Positions 40,932 to 49,770 of a stretch of DNA of 53,272 nt are shown piece by piece (positions within the stretch are counted from its first letter, which is position 1; every line of letters starts with the position of its first letter). The DNA comes from a virus: the IMG/VR virus record IMGVR_UViG_3300045988_098362; one strand, given 5' to 3'. Made by a program: the position numbers and the translations under genes. The notes below the pieces were generated by a model. The model ran no database searches, was not told where the DNA came from, and saw only the letters and a program-made list of their open reading frames with translations.

Positions 40932-42476
40932 CTAGTTCTCTTTTGGTTGGCCATTGGAGATTACAGGCGAACTTTTTGACACATCCGGTAGTCCTGAACT
41001 ATCGTCATTTTCTACAAGGTCAAGGGCGATGTTTACAGTATCATCTTTTCCGAAGCTGTTAAACACCAACTTCAAATGATCATCGTCGTAGACGTAAACG
41101 GCTATCAAAAAGGCGTTGAATAGCTTTTCTTGATATGCCCGGTCATGAACATTTCCATGCCTAAAAGCCAATAGGCTGGAAATGAGATCCTTACGGTCAA
41201 CGTGGACGATTTCCTCCTTGGCAAGTACCAACTTTGACTTTAAGTCGGTCTGCTGCTTTTCAAGCTCGATAAGCCTGTCGCGGGTCGTTTCAGTGATAAC
41301 GCCCATCTCAATGGCTTTCATCACGTTTGAGATGGAAGACTGCACAGCGGCAAGGTCATTTTCAATCGAGTCAATCTGAAGTTTTCTGTCCTCGTCCTCC
41401 CAGTAGGCGATAGTCTGGTCGGTAATCCACTCAATCGCGTCATCTGTTAAGCAGTATTGTTTGATGGCCTGCGCCACCGCTGGCTCGATAACATCCCGGC
41501 GGATGTTCTTCTTGCCGCAGGTGTGCCCGACACGCCTGTTCTGGCAAGCGTAATAGTGATGCACATCCCCGGTCTTTGACCTGCCGGACATTCCGATCAT
41601 GTAGCCGCCGCACTTCCCACACCGCAGCTTTCCGGTCAAGAGGTAATCTTCATCGTCAGGGCGGTGGTGCCTGTTCTTGCTCTTTTTCACCTTGATAGCC
41701 TCCTGTACCTTGTACCACAAAACGTCGTCAATGATAGGTGGGATGCCCCCCTCAATTCGAGTTTCGCCGTAAATGTAAATTCCGCGGTATCGCTCGTTGG
41801 AACACATCTTGTGGAAGCTGTTCTTGTTCCATTCGCCCTTGTCTGCGGTTTTGATGCCCCGGCGGTTCAGATCGCGGGCAATGTCCATGAACATCTCGCC
41901 AGAGGCAACGCGAGCATAAACCTCCCGGACGATGGTTGCTGCTGGTTCATCTACCACGATCTTTCCGTTCTCGCCTCGCTTGTAGCCTAGCGGCTGCCGG
42001 CCATTGGCCATGCACTTGCTGGCATTGTCCATCAGACCACGGCGCACATCCTCGGCAAGGTTGTCCGAATAGAACTGGTTGACGTTCATCATTGATCTCA
42101 AAGCAAACCGCCCGGCGGCTGAATCGTCAAAATCTTCCTCGGCGTAGAACACCTTTACACCGCAATCCATCAGGCGGGATTCATTGACCATGGCCTGCAT
42201 CATGTTCCGACCCATGCGGTTGGACTTCCACGCCAAGACATATTGAAACTTTCCGTCCTTGGCATCTCGCATCATCCGTTGGAACGCCGGACGGTTGTCA
42301 GTTCGACCACTGAGCGCGCGGTCCTCGTAGGTGTCAGTGATGGTCAACCCCAGTTCGGCAGCGTGTTTCCGGCAAGCCTCGATCTGCTGCTCGATGGAAA
42401 CATCCCGTTGGTTGTGGGATGAGTAGCGGGCATAGATGATGGCATTGCCCCCGGCGGGCTTCTTCTTTTTTGCCAT
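40932..42476 (-). CDS. int: Large serine recombinase (integrase)
   Basis: A GGAGG SD lies upstream of the ATG (MAKKKKPAGGNAIIYARYSSHNQ...). It has a resolvase-type catalytic N-domain, a recombinase domain, a zinc ribbon (CGKCGG...YYACQNR...C) and a coiled-coil C-terminus. Confidence 0.9.
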   Translation of the reverse strand: MAKKKKPAGGNAIIYARYSSHNQRDVSIEQQIEACRKHAAELGLTITDTYEDRALSGRTDNRPAFQRMMRDAKDGKFQYVLAWKSNRMGRNMMQAMVNESRLMDCGVKVFYAEEDFDDSAAGRFALRSMMNVNQFYSDNLAEDVRRGLMDNASKCMANGRQPLGYKRGENGKIVVDEPAATIVREVYARVASGEMFMDIARDLNRRGIKTADKGEWNKNSFHKMCSNERYRGIYIYGETRIEGGIPPIIDDVLWYKVQEAIKVKKSKNRHHRPDDEDYLLTGKLRCGKCGGYMIGMSGRSKTGDVHHYYACQNRRVGHTCGKKNIRRDVIEPAVAQAIKQYCLTDDAIEWITDQTIAYWEDEDRKLQIDSIENDLAAVQSSISNVMKAIEMGVITETTRDRLIELEKQQTDLKSKLVLAKEEIVHVDRKDLISSLLAFRHGNVHDRAYQEKLFNAFLIAVYVYDDDHLKLVFNSFGKDDTVNIALDLVENDDSSGLPDVSKSSPVISNGQPKEN

Positions 42477-42496
42477 GAAATCCTCCAAGGTAAAAC

Positions 42497-42525
42497 TTGA
42501 TATGCTTCCCTTGATATGGTACAAT
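42497..42525 (+). promoter_or_regulatory. Sigma-70-type promoter divergent from the integrase gene
   Basis: TTGATA (42497-502), a 17-nt spacer, then TACAAT (42520-25). Confidence 0.5.
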
Positions 42526-42531
42526 AACTCT

Positions 42532-42613
42532 TGTGAGGTTGGCTATTTACCATATAAGGTAAGCTGATCTGGAACGCCTGCGGTGCTGGTAACACCGTGG
42601 GCGTTTTTATTTT
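42532..42613 (+). ncRNA. Candidate ~80-nt sRNA upstream of int
   Basis: The promoter at 42497-525 is followed by an intrinsic terminator. The terminator has a 12-bp stem acgcctgcggtg/caccgtgggcgt (42574-85 and 42593-604, with two G-U pairs) plus TTTTATTTT. Confidence 0.4.
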
Positions 42614-42791
42614 GCTGAAAAACGGAAAAATCTACCGAAGCGCTGACAAAGCAGGGAAGAAGCTGTTATATTTGAGCTACTTCCGGGAGCAATCTTACAG
42701 GAAAGGGGATGCCAGCGCATGAAATCGGAAGATTATTTCAAAATCATTGAGCAGGTAAAAGCCCTGTCGGATGCCGACCGGGAAGCGTTGC

Positions 42792-43154
42792 TCACTTATC
42801 TGCGCTCGCTGACAGGTAGCGCAGGTAGCTCAAGGCCTCCTGCTGCTTGTCAGCCGGAAGATTCACAAACAACTCCATAATCTCAGCCACTTTGCCGTCC
42901 TCCTGCTGGAGGGCGGCTTTTATTGTGTCCGGGACTTCCGGGACAGAATTGTTGTCTTCCCATCCCATCAGAAAACAAGGAGTTACGCCGAGTTTGGAAG
43001 CGATAAGACTGAGCTTGTCCATCGGGATGTTCGTAACGATATTGTTTTCATATTTGTAAACGGCCTGTTTGGAAACACCCGCACAGTCTGCAAGCTCCTG
43101 TTGGGTGATGTCTTTCTCTATGCGAACTTGACGGATGCGATCACCTACGGTCAT
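42792..43154 (-). CDS. CI-like XRE-family repressor
   Basis: N-terminal HTH (ITQQELADCAGVSKQAVYKYENN). It is divergent from a Cro-like gene across an operator-rich region. Confidence 0.7.
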   Translation of the reverse strand: MTVGDRIRQVRIEKDITQQELADCAGVSKQAVYKYENNIVTNIPMDKLSLIASKLGVTPCFLMGWEDNNSVPEVPDTIKAALQQEDGKVAEIMELFVNLPADKQQEALSYLRYLSASADK

Positions 43155-43179
43155 GGCGGTTACCTACTATTTGAACTAT

Positions 43180-43208
43180 ATTATAACAGATAAACTTTCG
43201 GTTTACAA
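43180..43208 (-). promoter_or_regulatory. Promoter of the CI-like gene
   Basis: On the minus strand: TTGTAA (rc of 43203-08), a 17-nt spacer, then TATAAT (rc of 43180-85). Confidence 0.55.
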
Positions 43209-43234
43209 TATTTTTAATTGAATTATCAAAAATG

Positions 43235-43245
43235 ACTTGACAAGT
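43235..43245. promoter_or_regulatory. Operator palindrome 1 (overlaps the -35)
   Basis: ACTTGaCAAGT. The AAGTTAC half-site follows at 43242-48. Confidence 0.5.
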
Positions 43246-43265
43246 TACAGCAAAGATGGTATTAT
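43237..43265 (+). promoter_or_regulatory. Early rightward promoter (Cro-like gene)
   Basis: TTGACA (43237-42), a 17-nt spacer, then TATTAT (43260-65). Confidence 0.6.
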
Positions 43266-43277
43266 GCTCGTGACCCA

Positions 43278-43290
43278 GCAAGTTACTTGC
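43278..43290. promoter_or_regulatory. Operator palindrome 2
   Basis: GCAAGTtACTTGC, located just downstream of the -10. Confidence 0.5.
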
Positions 43291-43303
43291 GGAGCGAAAG
43301 GAG

Positions 43304-43510
43304 GTGGCGACTACGGTAAATGTGAACCTGTTGAAATCCTACATGGTAAAGGCCGGATATACGCAGAAAGAGCTGGCAAAATCGCTCGGAATCTCTGAGC
43401 AGACGTTGACCCGCAAGCTGAAGAAGCGTGTGTTCGGCACGGACGAAGCCGCAAAGATCGTTGAGCTTTTGAGCATTGACGATCCCAAGGCTGTTTTTTT
43501 CGGCGAATGA
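43304..43510 (+). CDS. Cro-like small HTH protein (start uncertain)
   Basis: YTQKELAKSLGISEQTLTRKLK is an HTH. The GTG start lies inside an AAAGGAGGTG stretch, so the exact start is unclear. Confidence 0.5.
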   Translation: MATTVNVNLLKSYMVKAGYTQKELAKSLGISEQTLTRKLKKRVFGTDEAAKIVELLSIDDPKAVFFGE

Positions 43511-43527
43511 GTAACTTGATAAGTTAC
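43511..43527. promoter_or_regulatory. Operator palindrome 3 (downstream of the Cro-like gene)
   Basis: GTAACTTgatAAGTTAC. Confidence 0.5.
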
Positions 43528-43622
43528 ATCGTGGAGGTGAACTAAATTGACCGCAAATAAAAAACTCCCGAACCGCCGCAGCGGAAAGGGAGCGGATGGG
43601 CCAATGGCTCAGATGGTGGACT

Positions 43623-43997
43623 TCATACAAGAGAATTGGAAAACCATCGTGATAGCAGCGGCCACAACCATTGCAGTGCGTTTACTGTTAGGGTGGTGAC
43701 AAGGCTCACGATGATTGGGAGCCACAGGCTCTTAAAGAGTTCTGATTTTCTTGACTGCCGTAGATATTCTTCATAAATGCGGTAGAAGTCCGTGACACAG
43801 TAGGTGTCCAGCATGTGCATGGGCTGGTAAGTAATATCAACTGATTCGTCGCGATCTGCTTTGATTAAGCCCATCGAAGAAAGCCCAGCTACCTCAGACC
43901 GGTCACATTTTGTATGAGGGTGATGGCTGATCTTACGAAGCAAGCGCTTCTCATCGGGACTTAAAATTATTGCTTCACAGTCCGATTTTCTATTCAT
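43623..43997 (-). CDS. Membrane-anchored hypothetical protein (124 aa)
   Basis: An AAAGGAGAAG SD lies upstream of the ATG (MNRKSDCEAIILSPDEKRLL...). It has a C-terminal transmembrane segment (LWLPIIVSLVTTLTVNALQWLW). Confidence 0.5.
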   Translation of the reverse strand: MNRKSDCEAIILSPDEKRLLRKISHHPHTKCDRSEVAGLSSMGLIKADRDESVDITYQPMHMLDTYCVTDFYRIYEEYLRQSRKSELFKSLWLPIIVSLVTTLTVNALQWLWPLLSRWFSNSLV

Positions 43998-44255
43998 ACG
44001 CTTCTCCTTTCTGATTTTGCACAAGTATAGCATGACAGGGGAGAGGGGGCAACCAAAAAGGCACCGTCCTGCTGGAACAGGGCGATGCCGGAAGCGATGC
44101 GCCATACCGACCAAGGTTATCTGTCCACGTTCCCGGAGGAACGTCTAAGAAAGGCTGCATCATTGTTTTTAGTTTAACTGATTTCCCATCGGAAATCAAG
44201 AGGTCTATACAGGTGAAAGAAATCCAAGAGGTCCGATTAACAGCAGGAGGACGCA

Positions 44256-44432
44256 ATGAACAGCGACATCCACATCCACTTGGATGAAATTAGCCCCGAA
44301 ACCGCCAAAATGCTGGCGCGGGGCTGCAAACAACTCTATCTCGATATTATTGCCATGCCGAATGGACGGGCGATATTGGATGCCGAGTGGGAGGCCTACC
44401 AGCAGAGAAAGAAAGGAGAGAACAAGACATGA
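44256..44432 (+). CDS. Hypothetical protein (58 aa)
   Basis: An AGGAGGA SD is present and the stop overlaps the next ATG (ATGA). It is shorter than the ORF-track cutoff. Confidence 0.4.
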   Translation: MNSDIHIHLDEISPETAKMLARGCKQLYLDIIAMPNGRAILDAEWEAYQQRKKGENKT

Positions 44433-44635
44433 TTAAGATCCTGATGGCCGTGTACGGTGTCACCGCAGAACAGGCGGCGGCTCGTGTCCCGCTGTTCCAG
44501 TTCTGGCTGACCGCTTTTGGGGCGGCGCTGCTGATCTGGTTGGATAGCAAGGGCGTGTTCGATGTTTTTGGAGCATGGCTCGGCCGTGTTCTCCGTGATA
44601 CCGCGGTAGGTGACCTGATCCGCAAGTTTATGTGA
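44429..44635 (+). CDS. Small membrane protein (68 aa)
   Basis: An AAAGGAGAG SD is present. It has a hydrophobic core (LFQFWLTAFGAALLIWL). Confidence 0.4.
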   Translation: MIKILMAVYGVTAEQAAARVPLFQFWLTAFGAALLIWLDSKGVFDVFGAWLGRVLRDTAVGDLIRKFM

Positions 44636-44681
44636 TTTCGGGCTTGTCCCGGTTGTTTTTCTGAAAGAAAAGGAGATTTCA

Positions 44682-45743
44682 ATGAAGTACGGAAGAAGTT
44701 TGCAGGAGCTGGCGATTGAGCTTGACCGGCAGGCCAAGGTCAAAAAGGACTACGTTGCCACAGCGGGTGCTATGCAGATGACCGCCGTCAACGAGAACTT
44801 TGACCTCGTGATCGGCAACACCCCGTTCCAGCTGAACGAAAATGCCCACCGTCAGCTGGGATTGCAGTTGAAGATCCCGGCTCCCTACTACGAGCGGATG
44901 CGGGCAGAGAACCCCGGCTTGCTGATGGCAAACGTCAATGGCTGGTTCCAGCAGTCCCCGGACACCCGCCGCATGGTTCGCACCCTTGATGGTGCCGCCC
45001 GCGCCATCCTCTCCGACCGCTACCGCCGTATCGACAACTACGAGGTTGCACAGACGGTCCTGCCGATTATCTCTGAAATGCAGGGAGCCCGCATTGAAAG
45101 CTGTGAACTGACCGATACCCGCATGTACATCAAGGTTGTCAATGAGCGCATCCAGACCGAAGTAGTGCCGGGGGACATCGTTCAGGCCGGCATCCTGATT
45201 TCCAATTCTGAGGTCGGCATGGGCAGCGTTTCCGTGAAGCCTCTGATTTACCGTCTTGTCTGTACCAATGGCATGGTGGCGGATGTGGGTGTTGGCAAGC
45301 GCCATGTTGGCCGCATCAATGAAAGCGTGGATGGCGATTTCGGGATTTTCCGGGATGAGACCATCGAAGCCGACGACCGAGCGTTCCTGATGAAGATTGA
45401 GGACACCGTCCGGGCGGCGGTCGATGAAGCCCGGTTTAATGCGCTGGTGCAGAAACTCCGGGATGCCAAGGAAGCGCCCATTCTCCCGGCGGCGGCTCCC
45501 AAGGTGGTTGAGCTTGCGGCCAAGGAGTTCAACATCCGCCAGAACGAGAGCGAGGGCATTCTGGGGCATCTTATCGCGGGCGGTGACCTTTCCCTCTATG
45601 GTCTGGCAAACGCTGTCACACGGCACGCGCAGGACGTGCAGAGCTATGACCGCAGCACTGAACTGGAAGCCACCGGCTACAAGATCATCACCATGCAGCC
45701 CTCGCTGTTGAAGCGCTGGAATGAGGAGGTGAGTACCGTATGA
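44682..45743 (+). CDS. DUF932-like protein
   Basis: GDIVQAGILISNSEVGMGSVSVKPLIYRLVCTNGMV matches the pattern I recall for the DUF932 phage/plasmid family. Confidence 0.6.
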   Translation: MKYGRSLQELAIELDRQAKVKKDYVATAGAMQMTAVNENFDLVIGNTPFQLNENAHRQLGLQLKIPAPYYERMRAENPGLLMANVNGWFQQSPDTRRMVRTLDGAARAILSDRYRRIDNYEVAQTVLPIISEMQGARIESCELTDTRMYIKVVNERIQTEVVPGDIVQAGILISNSEVGMGSVSVKPLIYRLVCTNGMVADVGVGKRHVGRINESVDGDFGIFRDETIEADDRAFLMKIEDTVRAAVDEARFNALVQKLRDAKEAPILPAAAPKVVELAAKEFNIRQNESEGILGHLIAGGDLSLYGLANAVTRHAQDVQSYDRSTELEATGYKIITMQPSLLKRWNEEVSTV

Positions 45744-45916
45744 GTGGCAGACACTTGAATGCCCGGCCCAAAAGGCTGACCCGTAAGCAGAAAGAAGCCC
45801 TTTCTGCACAGGGATGGGATTCTCGGCAGTACCTTTTCATTCAGGACAGCCCGGATGCCGGCGGCTGGGTTCTGATGAACAAGACCACCGGCCATTATGT
45901 AATATTCAAAAATTGA
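45740..45916 (+). CDS. Hypothetical protein (58 aa)
   Basis: ATGA overlap with the upstream gene. It is shorter than the ORF-track cutoff. Confidence 0.35.
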   Translation: MSGRHLNARPKRLTRKQKEALSAQGWDSRQYLFIQDSPDAGGWVLMNKTTGHYVIFKN

Positions 45917-45930
45917 AAGGAGAGTGCGAT

Positions 45931-46842
45931 ATGGCACAGGATACCGCATTGCAGGTCATTGAACTTCAACAGTTGCCGATCATTGTCGAGCGGCTTCACA
46001 GCGTAAAGGCCGACATTGAGCGGCGCACCGCCGAAGCCACCTCGCTGATCTGCACCGAAGAAACCTACAAGAGCGTCAAGGAAGCCCGCGCCCAGCTTAA
46101 CAAAGAATTCAAGGAGTACGAAGCCCAGCGCACGGCTATCAAGAACAAAATCCTTGAACCCTACAATGCCTTTGAGCAGGTCTACCGGGAGTGCGTGACG
46201 GAACCGTTCCAGCAGGCAGATGCCGAGTTGAAGCAGAAAATCACGGATGTGACCTCTGGAATTGTGGCTCAGAAAACGGAAGCACTCATGGACTACTACG
46301 GCGAGCTGGTGGAAGTCGCTGATATTGATTGGCTGGACGATTTGACCTACCGCCCGAAAGTCAACATGAGCGACAGCCTGACCTCTTTGAAAAAGCAAGC
46401 AAAGGCATTCGTGGACGGCATTGCGGCCGACGTGGCCGCAATCGAGGGCATGGACAACGCCGCCGAGATCATGGTGGAGTACCGCAGCAATTTGGATTTA
46501 CCTACCGCCATCAAGACTGTGGCTGACCGGCACAAGGCGCTGGAGGAACAGCGGCGGCGGGAAGAAGAGCGCCGCGCCCGGCAGGCAGAGCGGGAAGCCG
46601 CTGCCGAAAAAGCCCGCGCCGCAGTTGTGGCAGCTTCGGCGGTTGACCTGCCCGCCCCGGTGCAGGAGCCGTCCGAATTGCCGGAAGCCGGCACTCAGCC
46701 GGAACCCCAGCCTGAACTTCAGCCTACCCCGGCGGCTGAGCCTATTCTGATGACCCGCTTCTATGCAAAAGGCACCAAGGCGCAGCTGATCGGTTTGAAG
46801 AATTATCTGGAAAAGGAAGGTATTGAATATGGCAACTTATAA
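45931..46842 (+). CDS. DUF1351-like recombination-module protein
   Basis: An AGGAGAG SD lies upstream of ATG 45931. It has an N-terminal helical region and a charged EEQRRREEERRARQAEREAAAEKARA segment. It lies immediately upstream of RecT. Confidence 0.4.
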   Translation: MAQDTALQVIELQQLPIIVERLHSVKADIERRTAEATSLICTEETYKSVKEARAQLNKEFKEYEAQRTAIKNKILEPYNAFEQVYRECVTEPFQQADAELKQKITDVTSGIVAQKTEALMDYYGELVEVADIDWLDDLTYRPKVNMSDSLTSLKKQAKAFVDGIAADVAAIEGMDNAAEIMVEYRSNLDLPTAIKTVADRHKALEEQRRREEERRARQAEREAAAEKARAAVVAASAVDLPAPVQEPSELPEAGTQPEPQPELQPTPAAEPILMTRFYAKGTKAQLIGLKNYLEKEGIEYGNL

Positions 46843-47803
46843 TCAGATGCAGGTACAGCAGAAACCCAAGTTCTCCGTGGCAATCACCACCAAGGGCTAC
46901 CAGTCCTTGATCTCCAACACTCTGCGCGACCCTGCCCGCGCCCGCCGCTTTACGGCCAGCATCACCTCGGCGGTGGCCGTCAACCCCGCCCTGCAGGAAT
47001 GCGATGCCGGCACGATTCTTGCCGGTGCCCTGCTGGGCGAAAGCCTGAACCTCAGCCCGTCCCCTCAGCTGGGGCAGTACTACCTCGTGCCTTTCAAGCA
47101 GAAAGCCAAGTATGACCGCAGCGGCAGGATGATCCGCCCGGAGAGCGTCACGGCTACCTTTGTTTTGGGCTATAAGGGCTATATCCAGCTGGCCCTGCGC
47201 AGCGGCCAGTACAGGGAACTTGACGTGATGGAGATCAAAGAGGGTGAGTACCTCGGCAAAGACTCCACGACCGGCAAGGCCAAGTTCCAGTTCATTGAGG
47301 ACGACGATCAGCGGGATGCACTGCCCACGGTAGGCTATATGGCCTACTTCGAGTACCTCAACGGCTTCCGCAAGGCGCTGTATTGGTCGAAAGAGAAGAT
47401 GATGACCCACGCTGATACTTATTCCAAGGCTTTCAGCCGCAAGATCTATGAAGACCTGATGGCGGGCAAAGTCCCGGAGAGCGAGATGTGGAAGTACTCC
47501 TCGTTCTGGTACAAAAACTTTGATGACATGGCAAAGAAGACCCTGCTTCGTCAGCTTATTTCCCGCTGGGGTGTTATGAGCATTGAAATGATGAAAGCCA
47601 TGGAGAGCGACAATGCCGTGGCAACGGTGGCCGACAACAACGAGATCGTCACTGAGCCGGAACCGATGCCCGACGCATCCGAACAGCCGGAACTGCATAC
47701 CGGGAAGCCTGAGGTGGGCGATGGGCAGGCATTGCCCCATGTGGACATTGCTCAGAGCGAACCCACGACCGCCGAGCCGGTGGTTGACCTCAGCTCGTTA
47801 TGA
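46829..47803 (+). CDS. recT: RecT-family single-strand annealing protein
   Basis: FTASITSAVAVNPALQECDAGTILAGALLGESLNLSPSPQLGQYYLVPFK...GYKGYIQLALRSGQY is the RecT signature. Confidence 0.8.
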   Translation: MATYNQMQVQQKPKFSVAITTKGYQSLISNTLRDPARARRFTASITSAVAVNPALQECDAGTILAGALLGESLNLSPSPQLGQYYLVPFKQKAKYDRSGRMIRPESVTATFVLGYKGYIQLALRSGQYRELDVMEIKEGEYLGKDSTTGKAKFQFIEDDDQRDALPTVGYMAYFEYLNGFRKALYWSKEKMMTHADTYSKAFSRKIYEDLMAGKVPESEMWKYSSFWYKNFDDMAKKTLLRQLISRWGVMSIEMMKAMESDNAVATVADNNEIVTEPEPMPDASEQPELHTGKPEVGDGQALPHVDIAQSEPTTAEPVVDLSSL

Positions 47804-48450
47804 TCGACTACAACATCATCGCAACTGGCAGTAAAGGCAATGCGGTGGTGATTGACCAAAAAATCCTGATTGACTGCGGCGTTTCGTTCAAGGCGCTGTC
47901 GAAAGTATACCGGGCGTTGAAGTTGGTTCTGCTCACTCACATTCATGGTGACCACTTCCAGCCGACAACGCTCCGGCTTTTAGCGGAAAAACGCCCCACA
48001 CTCCGCTTTGCGTGCTGTGCATGGCTGTGCAAGCCGCTGGTGGATGCAGGGGTGCCGGTCTCGCAGATTGATGTTCTGGAGCCGGGGCACATGTACGGAT
48101 ACGGCATCTGTAATGTCAGGCCCGATATGGTCAAGCACAATGTTCCGAACTGCGGGTGGAAAGTCTGGCTCCAGTCAGGAAAGCTGTTTTACTGCACAGA
48201 CATGAACAATTTGAACGGCATCACGGCTCCAAACTATGACCTGTACATGGTGGAAGCCAACTACGATGACGCAGAAATCCAAGCCAAAATTGCAGAGAAA
48301 AAGCTGAACGGTGAGTACATTTACGAGCTTGGAGTGCTGCACAACCACATGAGCCTTGCCAAGATCAATGACTGGTTATACGCCAACATGGGGCAGAACG
48401 GCACCTATATCTATATGCACTGCCATCAGGACAAGGAGAATGTCACATGA
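47800..48450 (+). CDS. Metallo-beta-lactamase-fold hydrolase (possible exonuclease partner of RecT)
   Basis: HxHxDH motif (LLTHIHGDHF). ATGA coupling to recT. Confidence 0.65.
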   Translation: MIDYNIIATGSKGNAVVIDQKILIDCGVSFKALSKVYRALKLVLLTHIHGDHFQPTTLRLLAEKRPTLRFACCAWLCKPLVDAGVPVSQIDVLEPGHMYGYGICNVRPDMVKHNVPNCGWKVWLQSGKLFYCTDMNNLNGITAPNYDLYMVEANYDDAEIQAKIAEKKLNGEYIYELGVLHNHMSLAKINDWLYANMGQNGTYIYMHCHQDKENVT

Positions 48451-48977
48451 CCGGGCGGCTGGTTGACATGGCTTTTACACTCGGTGGAAAACAGCGGGTC
48501 ACGCTGGAAATCAACGGCGACTTCCGGGAAATCTGGGACAAGCTCCATCAGGAGCCGGTTCTGGACGTGGAAATCAAAAAGCACCGTGAAAAGCGCAGCC
48601 TTTCGGCAAATGCGTATTTCCACGTCCTCTGCAACAAGATTTCTGCGGAGACCGGCGAGAGCGAGGATGCCGTGAAACGGCGGCTCGTGGTTTCGTATGG
48701 AACGCTTGCCCGCGACAAGGACGGCAAGACTGTTGGACTGAAACTTTCGCCGACCGTAGATCCCAGCGACTTTTACCCCTATGTCCGGCTCTATGAAACC
48801 CGGCAGGAAAACGGAAAAGATTACTCCTGCTATTTTGTCTACAAGGAAAGTCACAAGATGGATTCAAAGGAATTTGCTCATCTTGTGGATGGTGCAATCG
48901 AAGAAGCCAAGGAACTGGGCATTCAGACGGATACCCCGGAACAGCTGGCTCGTTACAAAGAAGAATGGTCGAAATGA
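48447..48977 (+). CDS. NinB/Orf-like recombination mediator
   Basis: EKRSLSANAYFHVLCNKIS and MDSKEFAHLVDGAIEEAKELGI line up by eye with lambda NinB NRSLDQNRKLWACLGDVS and VGEFAELLELIQAFGTERGV. Confidence 0.4.
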   Translation: MTGRLVDMAFTLGGKQRVTLEINGDFREIWDKLHQEPVLDVEIKKHREKRSLSANAYFHVLCNKISAETGESEDAVKRRLVVSYGTLARDKDGKTVGLKLSPTVDPSDFYPYVRLYETRQENGKDYSCYFVYKESHKMDSKEFAHLVDGAIEEAKELGIQTDTPEQLARYKEEWSK

Positions 48978-48995
48978 CCGGAAAGGACAATCACA

Positions 48996-49226
48996 ATGGA
49001 AATGGTTTCTATTCCTCTGGAACAGTATCAGGAGTTTCTTCAGATGCGGTTGGAGCTGCACCTGATTTATACCAAGAGCAGCGAGGAGACGGCCTATGAT
49101 ACCGGCACCTATGTTGCAGATCTGAAGCGGATTCTGCACGCCGACATTTTTCCAGACCACCATGAGCAGTGCCCGGCGGTGCCGCTGAAAGTGCCTGAGG
49201 TGATGCACGATGTTGAACAGCTGTAA
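48996..49226 (+). CDS. Hypothetical protein (76 aa)
   Basis: Co-directional, with a GGAAAGGA SD. I recognised no family. Confidence 0.4.
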   Translation: MEMVSIPLEQYQEFLQMRLELHLIYTKSSEETAYDTGTYVADLKRILHADIFPDHHEQCPAVPLKVPEVMHDVEQL

Positions 49227-49758
49227 TTTTCAGGGGCGGCTTGCCGCTGATCCTGAGTTGAGGACCACCCAGACGGGAAAGCAGGTGGTAAGTTTCCGCA
49301 TGGCGGTTGACCGGGATATGGCGGATGCCAACGGTCACCGCCCTACGGACTGGCTCACCTTTACTGCATGGGGCAAGACGGCGGAGTTCGTCAGCAGGTA
49401 TTTCCGCAAAGGGAGCGCCGCTGTGGTTCATTCCCGCTGCCGGACGCAGCAGTATGAGGATAAGAACGGCAACAACCGCACGGCGATTGAGTTCGTGGTG
49501 GACAACATCTATTTTGCCGGGCCGAAGCAGGACAACCAGCAGGGGACCGTGGATGATGGCGGGACGAACCCGCCACCGGCCACCTATCGGAACCAGAAAC
49601 CGCAGCCCCAGCAGATGGGCTTTGCCACCCAGAGCCAGCGCCAGCAGTGGCAGGGAGCCGCCGATCATCCCGGCAATGTTCAGGTCAGCCAGAGCTTTTC
49701 TCAGGGCAGTGATGATGATTTCTCAGTTCTGGACGATGCCGATGATCTGCCGTTCTAA
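49210..49758 (+). CDS. ssb: Single-stranded DNA-binding protein
   Basis: An OB-fold N-terminus (NSCNFQGRLAADPELRTTQTGKQVVSFRMAV...WLTFTAWGKTAEF), a Gly/Gln/Pro-rich linker and the acidic tail DDADDLPF. Confidence 0.85.
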   Translation: MLNSCNFQGRLAADPELRTTQTGKQVVSFRMAVDRDMADANGHRPTDWLTFTAWGKTAEFVSRYFRKGSAAVVHSRCRTQQYEDKNGNNRTAIEFVVDNIYFAGPKQDNQQGTVDDGGTNPPPATYRNQKPQPQQMGFATQSQRQQWQGAADHPGNVQVSQSFSQGSDDDFSVLDDADDLPF

Positions 49759-49770
49759 GGGGGTTCGTTG

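Noticed and set aside
43547-43699. A 50-codon + strand ORF with a GGAGGTG SD and TTG start, (M)TANKKLPNRRSGKGADGPMAQMVDFIQENWKTIVIAAATTIAVRLLLGW.
   Set aside because: It overlaps the 3' end of the better-supported minus-strand gene 43623-43997 by 77 nt. Its hydrophobic tail may just mirror the transmembrane codons on the other strand. This is unresolved, so I did not call it as a feature.
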